Part shown: positions 32,092 to 41,941 of the stretch, one piece after another | Layout of the letters: every line of letters starts with the position of its first letter | How positions within the stretch are numbered: position 1 is the stretch's first letter | IMG/VR virus record: IMGVR_UViG_3300005253_001115 | Coordinates: 1 to 64,000 of that record | DNA length: 64,000 nucleotides | Direction: 5' to 3' (one strand) | Translations under genes and position numbers: made by a program | The notes under the pieces: generated by a model | The model's database searches: none | What the model was told of the DNA's origin: nothing | What the model saw: only the letters and a program-made list of their open reading frames with translations

Positions 32092-35000
32092 TTAGGGTCG
32101 AGGCTCCTGCTCGTACTCGATCGGCATACCAGCGGACTGGATGAGCTGCTGAACGCGGGCGAACAGGTCGTCGGCACCGTCGTGCTCGGAGGACTTGTCC
32201 AGAGCCTCCAGACGGGGCGTGATACCAAGTAGCCACTCGGGAGGACCGTCAATCACGATTCCGCCGTGACGCTCGAACCTGTGGCTCCTGAGGGCCATAA
32301 TTGCCGGACTTACTTCCTCGAAAAGGGGGCTCATGATTACGATACGCTCCCCCACGGGACCCTTAGGATCGACCGCAATAGCCATTTTCTGGTTTGGCAT
32401 TAGCGGTTGAACCTGCTTCTGTTCGACATTTGCGTCATCGTCAGCTTGGATGGGGTCGATCGGAACTTCTCGCTCGTTTCTGTGATTCACGGATGGTCCT
32501 ATTCCCGGGCGTTCCTCTTCCAGAGGAGTGCTGTATTCCTTCGGGAAGATGGCGTCGATGTCCATCAGGTCTTCCATAGTTCGCGCCGCTTCCGTGGCTG
32601 CGGGGTAAATGTTCTCTTCGGGCTCCTCGATACTCATGAAGCCAGACTTCTTGCCTGTAAAGTCCATGTCCCAGTACGGACGGATCTTGGTGCCGCCACC
32701 ACGACCGCCTCGTCCCCGCTCTCCGTGATTCATGTCATCACCGCCCGGATTTTGTCCGCCGGGTCCATGCATGTTCGTGGGGTCGAGAGTTGAAGTAGCT
32801 TTGTCTGCATCGTCGTGGTCGTCGTAGAAATCAGGGTGCTCCACAAGATGATCCTTAGTCACCTCCTTAGCTATGCCTCTATCTACACCGTGTTCCCACA
32901 CTTCAATATCTGTGCCTGTCTTTAGCGCCTCGGGGTCGAAGGCAGAATCCGGCATGCCATCAGCCCTACCGCCAGGAAGCAGCTCTTCTTGAGCGCAAGC
33001 CTTGAACATGTTGCGCTCTGGGTCCGGGTAGTTCTGTACGGGCAGGAATCCTGTCTCTTGGTCTGCACCACGAGGCTTAATCATCGGGGCACGGTCGAGA
33101 CCGCCGCCACCTGGCTTACGAACTATCTGTCCGGGGAAGCTGGAGGGAGGGGACTCTTCGGCACTTCTAGTGGGGGACGGGTGCGGAGTGGAAGTCTCGG
33201 GCATCTGTGGCAACGGAAGCTCTACAGGCAAGAAGCCCCGGTCCTTGTTGTTGGGTGTCTCGTATGCTTCAGCAGGGTCGCCTTCCCAGTCCGGGAAGAC
33301 ACCGGTTTCTGGTGTCATGCCGTTCGGGCTGGGCTCAAGCTCCTCCATTTGGTGCGGCGTAGACCCGCCGAACCCGTCACGGCCAAGAGGCCCTTCTAGG
33401 GGATGGTTCGAGAATCTAGATCCTCGATCGAAGTCCTTGACGCCGGGATACTCTTCGGCGCGCTTGTGTAGGCGCTGGGGCTCCGCCGTGGCTAGGCCCG
33501 GATGCTGGGATTCACCCTTCTTGTCAGCGGGCCACTCGTAAAGATTCCACAAGAGGAAATCATCTTGCGTCTTGTCTGGGTCTGTTCGGAATGAGCTAGG
33601 GCCTACACCTGTGCCGAATACTCCGCTCTTGGTGTTACCCTTCTTGCGCTCTTCTCTATAGTTCCCGTCGAAGCATTCTTCACCTTCGCGGATATGCGAG
33701 TCCCCACATTCATTCATGTTCTTCTCCTGAGAACCGCCCTCCTCCGAGCGGTCCTTCAAAAAACGAGTAGCCAATTCGATCAGCTTGTCCGGGTCTGTTA
33801 TTGCTGTCTCGTCCTCAATCGAACGAGTCAGAGCCAGGAACTTGCCCATATCGGGTCCGGGCTTGAAGCCCTTCGCGATTAGGTGCTTACCCGAAACAGA
33901 GTCTACCAGCTTCCCGCCTGGGGCAGCTACAGAAGTGACATGCTGGTGGTAGTCCTCAAGGAACTTGTCCTGGGAACTTACGTCCCTGCGCAGGGCTTCC
34001 TCGGTTGTTCTGCCCAACACATCAGCCTTCGACAAGGCCGCAAGCAGCTCGGGGCTAACATCGGCATCACCCAATGTGCGACCCAGCTTCCTGTAGCCTT
34101 TGCGGCCACTGGTTCCGGGAAGGATCGCCGGGCGCAAGTGGGTATCAACTAGAGTCTCAACCTGCTTAATTAGAGCCAGTGGTGCTTTCATCCTGCCCAA
34201 GAACGCGCGAGTAGGCTCGATGCCAGCCTCTTCGTGTCCACGGGAGGTAATGTACCCGTCGATCTCCTCAGTAGAGACCGGCTTTCCAAAGTCGTGTGCC
34301 AGAGCCCCAAGCATTAGGGGGAGATCGAACGCAGGATCGCCAGTGCGCTGTTTTGCAGCCTCATCGAGAACCAGCAGGGTGTGGACGTAAACGTCCCCCT
34401 CGGGGTGCCACTTAGGTTCCTGCGGAACACCCAGTAGCGCCTCGATCTCCGGGAAGTAGCGGAGCAGGTTTGCCTGATGCAGCACCTCAATTCCCTTACT
34501 CGGTTTTTGGCCCTTTAGGAGCATCTTGGAGAACTCCGGCAGGATACGCTCACCCGGGAGCTGCTCAAGCGGCTGTGCGGCCACGAGTTGAAGTGTCTGG
34601 GGGTCTACATCAAAGTCAAAACGCGCAGCGAACTGGGCCACTCTGAGGGCTCGTAACGGGTCGTCAGAGAACGTGTTGACATCTGCGGCACGCAGGATTC
34701 CTGCCTTGAGGTCAGCGACACCGTTTAAGGGGTCAATGATCTCGTCTGTTAAAGGGTCTTTCGAAAGGGCGTTGATCGTGAGATCGCGCCTGCGGGCAGC
34801 GTCTTCCACGCTCATGGTAGGATCAGGAATTACATCAAAGCCTTTGTGCCCCTCTCCGGTCTTCTTCTCGCGGCGAGGGAGTGCAACGTCCCAGTCAAGC
34901 TCTTGGATGTTCAGCACGCCGAACTGCTGTCCGACCTCTTTTACATTACCAAACCGGGAAAGGATCTCGTTGACCTTCTCCATGGGGAGACCGAAGACCT

Positions 35001-35202
35001 CGAAGTCCACGTCTTTGCTTGGGAGGCCGAGTAGCTCATCTCGCACGATGCCCCCGACGAGCAAGGCTACCCCTCCCGCGCCTTCAACAGCGCGTGCGAA
35101 TGCCTCGACCAGAGCTTTTTCATTCGGATTCACGAGAATATTCCTGTATTTCTTCCTCATCCGCATAGCGGCTATGTGTGCGAATCCTGTGGCAATTTGC
35201 AC
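32092..35202 (-). CDS. cca: CCA tRNA nucleotidyltransferase (class II + HD domain) fused to ~550-aa acidic/Pro-rich extension
   Basis: VGGIVRD, DVDFE, RRDLTINA, DDPLRALR, HPEGDV, HDFGK. Confidence 0.9.
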   Translation of the reverse strand: MQIATGFAHIAAMRMRKKYRNILVNPNEKALVEAFARAVEGAGGVALLVGGIVRDELLGLPSKDVDFEVFGLPMEKVNEILSRFGNVKEVGQQFGVLNIQELDWDVALPRREKKTGEGHKGFDVIPDPTMSVEDAARRRDLTINALSKDPLTDEIIDPLNGVADLKAGILRAADVNTFSDDPLRALRVAQFAARFDFDVDPQTLQLVAAQPLEQLPGERILPEFSKMLLKGQKPSKGIEVLHQANLLRYFPEIEALLGVPQEPKWHPEGDVYVHTLLVLDEAAKQRTGDPAFDLPLMLGALAHDFGKPVSTEEIDGYITSRGHEEAGIEPTRAFLGRMKAPLALIKQVETLVDTHLRPAILPGTSGRKGYRKLGRTLGDADVSPELLAALSKADVLGRTTEEALRRDVSSQDKFLEDYHQHVTSVAAPGGKLVDSVSGKHLIAKGFKPGPDMGKFLALTRSIEDETAITDPDKLIELATRFLKDRSEEGGSQEKNMNECGDSHIREGEECFDGNYREERKKGNTKSGVFGTGVGPSSFRTDPDKTQDDFLLWNLYEWPADKKGESQHPGLATAEPQRLHKRAEEYPGVKDFDRGSRFSNHPLEGPLGRDGFGGSTPHQMEELEPSPNGMTPETGVFPDWEGDPAEAYETPNNKDRGFLPVELPLPQMPETSTPHPSPTRSAEESPPSSFPGQIVRKPGGGGLDRAPMIKPRGADQETGFLPVQNYPDPERNMFKACAQEELLPGGRADGMPDSAFDPEALKTGTDIEVWEHGVDRGIAKEVTKDHLVEHPDFYDDHDDADKATSTLDPTNMHGPGGQNPGGDDMNHGERGRGGRGGGTKIRPYWDMDFTGKKSGFMSIEEPEENIYPAATEAARTMEDLMDIDAIFPKEYSTPLEEERPGIGPSVNHRNEREVPIDPIQADDDANVEQKQVQPLMPNQKMAIAVDPKGPVGERIVIMSPLFEEVSPAIMALRSHRFERHGGIVIDGPPEWLLGITPRLEALDKSSEHDGADDLFARVQQLIQSAGMPIEYEQEPRP

Positions 35203-35725
35203 ATACTAATTGACATCTCTCTAACTCTTTTTGGATTACATCGTTTGTTGCACCCATGTGTATTAGCTTACTTACGCTGGTATGTCCGGGAGAATCACTG
35301 ATATTGTCAAAATCAAAAACGAAAGAAGGGAAGGTATTATTGCAATCATAGCATTTACCTCCATGCTGGAGGACTAATTTATTCTTTCGGCGCTTTGTGC
35401 GTACCCTTTCCCAGTGAGCATGGCAATAGCCTTTGGCTATATGCTTAGCAGTACAATTTGTAATGCGGCAGCCCTGCTTGCCGTCTTTTTCCTGTGTTTC
35501 TTGGTCTAATGGGGTTTCTTGTCTTAGGCGCTGATAGTGAAAAAGGCAATATCCCCGAGACCCGTGCTTTCTTTCGCACCCTTCAACAGTACATCCTTGT
35601 TTTCCGTCTGTTTTTCTTATTTCCTGGTGAAGCGGTGTTCCGCGCTCCATACGATCATAATGTAACTCACAATATCCGTGTCCGTAGTGTTTCCTCTCAC
35701 AATCACTTATTTTGCATATTCTCAT
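35120..35725 (-). CDS. HNH-like endonuclease with three Cys/His repeats
   Basis: 3x Cx4C..KH...GYCxxH; C-terminal CYDC...CQLVCANCHRIRT. Confidence 0.75.
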   Translation of the reverse strand: MRICKISDCERKHYGHGYCELHYDRMERGTPLHQEIRKTDGKQGCTVEGCERKHGSRGYCLFHYQRLRQETPLDQETQEKDGKQGCRITNCTAKHIAKGYCHAHWERVRTKRRKNKLVLQHGGKCYDCNNTFPSFVFDFDNISDSPGHTSVSKLIHMGATNDVIQKELERCQLVCANCHRIRTHSRYADEEEIQEYSRESE

Positions 35726-37479
35726 CTGCGGGGTCTCTTCAAGAATGTTGCTCTGACGAACTCAGAGTCGAGGCTACCAGAGACATTCGAATCCGCCCCT
35801 AGCTGCACGCTTGTTGCTGTAATACCTGTCATATCGGGAACCGTGGCTGCCAAGTCCTCTATCAGAGTAACGCCATCTACGGAAATTCGCAACAGCGAAC
35901 TACTCCATTCGGCGACTACCTCAGTAATTTTACCACTAACCCACGAGGTTGGCGTAGGTGTAGTAATGGTTCCGGTTGTAGCGGCATCCTGAACCAGTAA
36001 CGTAAGTGTTCCGTCTACATTTACCTTTAATGCAACACCGTTAACCAGCGTGATGGGGTCCCTGGTGTCGAAGACCCACTTAGGTTCGGTAGGTGTGGCC
36101 TCGAATCCGATCGCTAGACTGAACACGGCTGCGCCTTCCACCATATCGAAGGGCACATCTGGAGCAAACGACAGGTTGTCTGTAGCCCGAATCTCGTCAG
36201 TAAGGACCTGCGATGTGGCAAAAGGCGTGTGGGAAATGCTGGGCACGGCCAGTCGCACGGTAACATAGTCACCCTGGTTGACGCTACCGATCTCCAGACG
36301 CCAAGAGAATTTCTCGGTAGTAGCCGGGTACTCGGAAGGCTGAGCCTGGATACTGAACGGCTTCAAAGGGCGGGCATTGAATAGGTCTGCGGGATTGAGG
36401 CTGACCGACTTAGCGGGCAAAGCACGGTCAGCGAAATCGAAGAAGTTAAGGATGAGCTTGACCTCGGTGATGTCGCTGTCCGGGGCCACTTTTTCCATAC
36501 CTGCTAGCAAGGACAGGGCGATAGGCTTCGTGATGTCGAACAGGATAGGCTCTGCTAGGCCGAAGCTGGCAGTGCTGAACGGAGAGATGCTTACAGGGCT
36601 GGCACCGTTTACCTGAATGCTCCAAACATTTGCGTCAAACCCGTCTCCTTGTAGCTTCTGTACACCGCTCTTGATGATAGAGATGCCTGGAGAGTCCATG
36701 GTGTAGCTATCTGGGAAGAATCCAGTCCCACAAGGGATCGTAGAGGAGCCGGTGAACAGGTTATTTGGAAGAAGCTGAATGGAGCCTTGTTCTGTGAACG
36801 TTGATGTACCCAGCTCCCACGGAGGAGTGTCGATTGTCTGGAACGATAGAGACCCTGGTTTCGGTAACAAGCGTTCGCCACCACCAAGGTACACTAGTTG
36901 ACCAGCAAGTTGGGCATCGGACTTGATCTCTGCAAGCTTCTCGAAGTTGATGTCCGCCCACACGGAGTTCACGATAGTAGGCTCCGGGATGACTGTCTGG
37001 TTAACGCCAAGCTCGATAGGTGTGTGGGGAGAAACATCAGCATAGGGCTCATCTCGCTCCTTCTCCTTATCAAGGTGCCAGGAGCGGTTGGGTGTAGAAC
37101 CGACCACCGAAGTGCTGGGTTGGTCGGAGAATGTTCCTTGTTCCTTCATCACAGCAGTCACGCTTGTAGTTAGGCTCTGACCATCTAGATCCAGAGAGAC
37201 TCTAGCTTCAAGGTTGGTAGAAACTGCTGGGTTGATGAAGAATACTGCGAAATAACCGTCTTGGTTGGCGGCGGACTTGGTAAAGGTTACCTTCTCTAGA
37301 GCTACCTCGACCAGTCCGGTCTGCGCCGTATTGTAGACATTGAAAAGCTGCACCTCTCCCGAGATGACATCAGCAGGATGAAAGAAGTCGTCACACGGAC
37401 TGACTACGTAGACCTGTACTGTGACTACGTTGCTGTCAACGTTATGATACGCAGCGATTTTTGCTTCGAGAGTAGCCAT
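35722..37479 (-). CDS. putative virion structural protein with lectin/LamG-like C-terminus
   Basis: 585 aa, beta-rich, S/T-rich. Confidence 0.6.
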   Translation of the reverse strand: MATLEAKIAAYHNVDSNVVTVQVYVVSPCDDFFHPADVISGEVQLFNVYNTAQTGLVEVALEKVTFTKSAANQDGYFAVFFINPAVSTNLEARVSLDLDGQSLTTSVTAVMKEQGTFSDQPSTSVVGSTPNRSWHLDKEKERDEPYADVSPHTPIELGVNQTVIPEPTIVNSVWADINFEKLAEIKSDAQLAGQLVYLGGGERLLPKPGSLSFQTIDTPPWELGTSTFTEQGSIQLLPNNLFTGSSTIPCGTGFFPDSYTMDSPGISIIKSGVQKLQGDGFDANVWSIQVNGASPVSISPFSTASFGLAEPILFDITKPIALSLLAGMEKVAPDSDITEVKLILNFFDFADRALPAKSVSLNPADLFNARPLKPFSIQAQPSEYPATTEKFSWRLEIGSVNQGDYVTVRLAVPSISHTPFATSQVLTDEIRATDNLSFAPDVPFDMVEGAAVFSLAIGFEATPTEPKWVFDTRDPITLVNGVALKVNVDGTLTLLVQDAATTGTITTPTPTSWVSGKITEVVAEWSSSLLRISVDGVTLIEDLAATVPDMTGITATSVQLGADSNVSGSLDSEFVRATFLKRPRR

Positions 37480-37552
37480 AGTGTTGTACCAAAAAGAGCC
37501 AGCCTGGGTGGGAACCCGGGCTGGCCCCGTGGGTAGTCCAAAATTGGACTAT

Positions 37553-37756
37553 TTACTTCGTAACGCCGTCTTGCTTCGGAAGCAACTTCACGCCACCGAG
37601 TGTGAGCACCTTGGCAACCATGTCCAGAACCTTGACGATGATGGTATCGTCCTTGGTGCCGGGAATCAGTCGCTTGGCAAGCTCAGCCAGGGCCACAATA
37701 GCGCCCCAAGACAGTGCAATAGTTTCGGCATTTGCCGTTACCCAGTCCAACATATC
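37553..37756 (-). CDS. holin-like small membrane protein
   Basis: TM helix then IPGTKDD; GAAGGGAG RBS. Confidence 0.5.
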   Translation of the reverse strand, partial: DMLDWVTANAETIALSWGAIVALAELAKRLIPGTKDDTIIVKVLDMVAKVLTLGGVKLLPKQDGVTK

Positions 37757-37811
37757 TATTCTCCCTTCGAAGGTGAAGAAGCCCAAACCCTGGGCTCTCT
37801 GTAGAGATAAC

Positions 37812-38723
37812 CTATAGAATCTCGGTGGGCCATTTGCGGGAAAGCTCTGGTGTTTTGATAGCGTGGAGCGCTTTGAGCATTTTGACGGCTCTGGAGCCTA
37901 CTAGGGTAAAATCGTGAGTGGTGTTCCTGTTCACGTTCACATTAGCATGGTGCTCAGGCACCAGTTTGGTGGCTATGTCGCGTACCCACTCACAGGTCAT
38001 TCTGGTCCCTGATACTTTCCAAACGGATAAACCCTTCGTATTGTGTGTAAGGCAACCGTCTGCGTCGTACAGACCCTTCAGGTACGCTAAATTCAGGGGG
38101 TGCTCTAGGTCCGGTGGGGACAACGTGTGGCTCTTGTTGGGAACTACGTTGAACTGCTGTAGATTTTTGACCCACTGGGATGAGCTTATCGCCACAGAGT
38201 ACATCTGACCTCCTCGTGGCGCTTTGTACTCTCGTACCTTGCCTGCGAACTTTGTTACCGCCTTGAATCCGTCAATAAGCTCTCTATCCTTCAACGATAG
38301 TCGTATTACACCATTGATGACGTTTCCGTCGCCTGCGAGGAGACCTGCCCAGTAGGAATTGATGACGTTTGGGTCCTTGAAGAACTCGTCGTTTACTTTG
38401 TAGCGCCGTCCTTGATTGTTCTCGCGATTAGGGTTCTTGGCAACTAGGTCTTTGATCCACCCGTAGACAGTTGGTTTGCTTACGTCGAGCTGTACAGAAA
38501 CCTTATCTAACGAGCTTCCGTTCGAGTACAAAGCCCTGGCGGCTTCGCGTTGCGTCTCCTGCTTGGGCGTCCGTCGCGTGAGTTTAACCCGTGTCTCTGG
38601 TTCCGGCAGGTCTCTTGTCCATCTCCAAATGGTTTGCCTCAGGGTACCTGTGCGCTTGATGATCTCTTTGACTGGGATGCCTTCTGCCCACAGTTCTCTA
38701 ACTTCTGTCTTTCGCTTATCCAT
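37812..38723 (-). CDS. LAGLIDADG homing endonuclease with N-terminal HTH repeats
   Basis: YWAGLLAGDG and YLKGLYDADG. Confidence 0.88.
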   Translation of the reverse strand: MDKRKTEVRELWAEGIPVKEIIKRTGTLRQTIWRWTRDLPEPETRVKLTRRTPKQETQREAARALYSNGSSLDKVSVQLDVSKPTVYGWIKDLVAKNPNRENNQGRRYKVNDEFFKDPNVINSYWAGLLAGDGNVINGVIRLSLKDRELIDGFKAVTKFAGKVREYKAPRGGQMYSVAISSSQWVKNLQQFNVVPNKSHTLSPPDLEHPLNLAYLKGLYDADGCLTHNTKGLSVWKVSGTRMTCEWVRDIATKLVPEHHANVNVNRNTTHDFTLVGSRAVKMLKALHAIKTPELSRKWPTEIL

Positions 38724-38824
38724 GAATATCCTCCTTGTAGACTCTTTAGTCTATTGGAGATATAATCCTTGAAGTGCGAAATAATTCTAATATGAAGATA
38801 ATCTTCTAAGTAGTTGATTTTACT

Positions 38825-40051
38825 CTATAATATGCCAATATTGGACAAAGTTTGCATTATGTCACCGCTGGAAAACGTGCCCATCGGGAAAGTGAACCGA
38901 TTCAGCGCACGGAACCCCATAGGCTTTCCAGCGAAGTTACCCACGGAACTTGTTGCACGGATGAATCCCAGCTTCGCGGGGCTAACCGAATCACTCAAGT
39001 AATCCCGGAACCTGTTGATGGCTTCAGCCAGCATCGGAGCATGGTCGTAATCTAGTGTTACCGTCTGGCCAGAGAAGGAAAACGCTAGATCCACTTCCAT
39101 GAGATACTGTGCGTTTAATCCGTACCACGCGGCAGCCAGGAGAATGAATGAGTTGAACTGAGATCCCCCAATAAACGACATTTGCCAAGCGGTGATCGGG
39201 TAGGTTACATTGACGATTTCCAGACCCCTGTCGAGATACTCAACAAGGTCGGAGTCCTCGTAAGCCTGTACACGTCCACGTTGCTTTTGGAACTTGTCGA
39301 TTAACTGGCGTAGCTGTACGGTCATATTGAGGATAGGTCCGTCAACTGACCGAATTAGTTGGAATTGCGTCTCTTCAGCAGCGGCAATGTTCTGCCGGAC
39401 GCTCCACAAAGAGACGTATGCGCAGTTGGGCGTAGACAGCACACCCGCAGGAATAGTGTAGTAGTACAGGTAGCTGTCGCCGAACTCTACCTCTTGGATC
39501 TGACCGTTGTCTAGCGTAACAATGGTAGACGTTCCTTGAGGTCCAATGGCCACGCTCTTTCCAGACGTACTGCCAAGTATCAGCTCCAAGGCCAAAGTAC
39601 CGCCGTTCGCGATGTCGATCCTCTCTGTACGCTGGATCTGTACTCGAAGCTCTCGGCTGACCAGGCTTAGGATACACTGGCTCCGGTCCTCGGAAGCCGT
39701 TACAACGATATCCTGAACATCGAATTCGTGAGTGATCTCAGCCTGCTCGTTGGTGTTCGTTACGATGAACGCCTTGAACTGATATCGGTTGTTGGGGTTA
39801 GACAACATAGCGTCATTGGCGACCGTCCACGTTGTAGCGTACTCACCTACTCCCCCGTCTGCTTGTAGAACACCAGTTTGTACAGCCACTCCGTTGGGAT
39901 CTAGAATCTCGTAGGAAGGGTACCTAAGAGGGTCCTTGGGGATGAGAGGGGTAGTTTTGGAACCGTCGGTGAAGAACCCTATACGGAATACCTGGGAAGT
40001 GCCCCGCGTTAGTAGTCGGGGGATGTCATCGGATTCACTAAGGAATGCCAT
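38825..40051 (-). CDS. putative virion structural (neck/adaptor-like) protein
   Basis: 408 aa in structural operon; function inferred from context. Confidence 0.5.
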   Translation of the reverse strand: MAFLSESDDIPRLLTRGTSQVFRIGFFTDGSKTTPLIPKDPLRYPSYEILDPNGVAVQTGVLQADGGVGEYATTWTVANDAMLSNPNNRYQFKAFIVTNTNEQAEITHEFDVQDIVVTASEDRSQCILSLVSRELRVQIQRTERIDIANGGTLALELILGSTSGKSVAIGPQGTSTIVTLDNGQIQEVEFGDSYLYYYTIPAGVLSTPNCAYVSLWSVRQNIAAAEETQFQLIRSVDGPILNMTVQLRQLIDKFQKQRGRVQAYEDSDLVEYLDRGLEIVNVTYPITAWQMSFIGGSQFNSFILLAAAWYGLNAQYLMEVDLAFSFSGQTVTLDYDHAPMLAEAINRFRDYLSDSVSPAKLGFIRATSSVGNFAGKPMGFRALNRFTFPMGTFSSGDIMQTLSNIGIL

Positions 40052-40725
40052 TATAACTCCTTCGGAACTTTGCGGGATGCTAGGTACGTAGTCTCGGGCA
40101 CGAATACAATCCCGATATCATTCTCTAGCGAGTATACTCTGTGTCGCAATGTATCGTGCGTTCCCATAGCCATAGTCACGTCGTTCTTCAACCCTTCTAG
40201 AAACCTTTCAGAGAAGCCGCGAAAAACTCCCCCTGCAAAGTCCACGTCGTATGGGAAGTCTTCTGCCTGTATGTTTACCGTGACCGTATCTCCCCAGCCT
40301 TCTGCTCTGCCGTACTTTCCCTGGAGGTATGCAAGGTTGGTCTTTACAGCTATCCCGTCAATATCGAAGTACGGAAGCATGCTGTACGCCATGAAGTTCT
40401 TGATGACCGCAGCGGCGTAGTTGATGGAGGGGAGAGGGTAGACCCCGAGTTCACAGGCAGGTATCTTTTGATGCGTTACAGTGAACCCCAGGTCTTGATC
40501 CCCCGCTTCGTTCAGCTTGTAGACTACTGCGACCCACAAGTCTACAGGCATGTTCAGTAAGTTCTGCAAATCCGTCATGTGGATATAGAAGGCCGAACAC
40601 AGGGTGTAGTCTATGTCTACACCCTGGTCCGACTCATAAGAGACGCCAATGGGCCTTCTAGCCTCTGACAGCAAGGTATGCGCCAGAGTCACGCCAATGC
40701 GTTGTGCGAGCTTTGCAGCTTCCAT
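40051..40725 (-). CDS. hypothetical protein
   Basis: 224 aa, TAATG overlap. Confidence 0.7.
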   Translation of the reverse strand: MEAAKLAQRIGVTLAHTLLSEARRPIGVSYESDQGVDIDYTLCSAFYIHMTDLQNLLNMPVDLWVAVVYKLNEAGDQDLGFTVTHQKIPACELGVYPLPSINYAAAVIKNFMAYSMLPYFDIDGIAVKTNLAYLQGKYGRAEGWGDTVTVNIQAEDFPYDVDFAGGVFRGFSERFLEGLKNDVTMAMGTHDTLRHRVYSLENDIGIVFVPETTYLASRKVPKEL

Positions 40726-40750
40726 AAACCGAGACTCTCCTGTCTACGGT

Positions 40751-41842
40751 TTACGCAATTCCCACTACCAGATCCGAGAGGAGATCAGGGTGCAGGATGT
40801 ACGCTACCGGTGAAGCGTCATTGATCGAGGTGAATACTCGAAGAACGCCGAACTGGAAAGTACCGTATCGGATGTTGGTCCGAGTGTCCACGGCAGAGGC
40901 ATCCAGCGCAATGACCGTATCGCCCGTAGCTAGGGAAGAAGCGCCGACCGTAGCACCAACTGCCGTAGCCTGCGTGAAATCTAGTTCCGTGTTGGCTTCC
41001 GTCACGTCAACTTCGCCAGCAGCACCGAGCCCGTCAGAGACAAGAGCAATCTGCGCTCCGATACTTACAGCTTCACCAGAGCTTAGCTGGCTGTTGGTTT
41101 CCGCAATCACCTCGGCCTTCGTCAAGGTAGCCGAAGAGTACACAACCGCATCCACGCCCCCGTTGTCCATGTCAACACTGAGAGTGGTGTCGTTCGACAT
41201 GTCGAAGGTCTCACCCGTGGCACCGACAGCAATTGCCTGCGAGTCCGTGATTAGTAGATCTGCGATACCTTGGTCAACGCCATGGATCTCACCAGTAGCA
41301 CCACCGCCACCAACACGATCACCGAACTTCGCTCGAACATCGTAGCTTTGGTCAGAAGCAGCAATCTTCTCTGTGAAGTTACGAATAACGACGTTGGAAC
41401 CCCGGGCCTTCAGCTTGGCTGCTCGGGTAGCGAGAGCGTCACCAGAGCCCTTGAGCTGGTCAGAGTTGTCTACACCGGACACGAAGTCGATGAGGTCGAA
41501 CGGGTTCTTTACCACACCATGCACGTCGGCGTCGATGAAGTTCTCACTCGGGGGTTCGCCTGTATAAGCAGCCTTGAGGGCGACGTAGTTGGCAGCGCTG
41601 ATGAGCGCTGCTACCGGGTCAGCAACGGTCACACCGATGCCACTCACGTTGGTGGAGTTACCACCACCTGTGCGGCGTCGCAGGATGTCGATTCCAGTGG
41701 TAGATTCGGCCAGAACAGACATGGGACCTGTGCCTGCCTCAATGTCCTTGAGGATCTTGGGGAGGCGGGACTTTCCGTTTGAATGTCCCTCGTAGATCTC
41801 CTCATACGTGAGATCCGTCTTTGCGTTGATCGTAATGGTCAT
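40751..41842 (-). CDS. putative virion structural protein
   Basis: A/G/T/D-rich, strong AAGGAG RBS. Confidence 0.6.
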   Translation of the reverse strand: MTITINAKTDLTYEEIYEGHSNGKSRLPKILKDIEAGTGPMSVLAESTTGIDILRRRTGGGNSTNVSGIGVTVADPVAALISAANYVALKAAYTGEPPSENFIDADVHGVVKNPFDLIDFVSGVDNSDQLKGSGDALATRAAKLKARGSNVVIRNFTEKIAASDQSYDVRAKFGDRVGGGGATGEIHGVDQGIADLLITDSQAIAVGATGETFDMSNDTTLSVDMDNGGVDAVVYSSATLTKAEVIAETNSQLSSGEAVSIGAQIALVSDGLGAAGEVDVTEANTELDFTQATAVGATVGASSLATGDTVIALDASAVDTRTNIRYGTFQFGVLRVFTSINDASPVAYILHPDLLSDLVVGIA

Positions 41843-41941
41843 TTTGTTGCTCCTTAGAACGCATCTGGACTGTCGCCAGCAACGTCATTCTAAAGGCTCT
41901 CAGCAAACGGGGCGTTTTGGCCTTCTACTTCAATAGATAAG

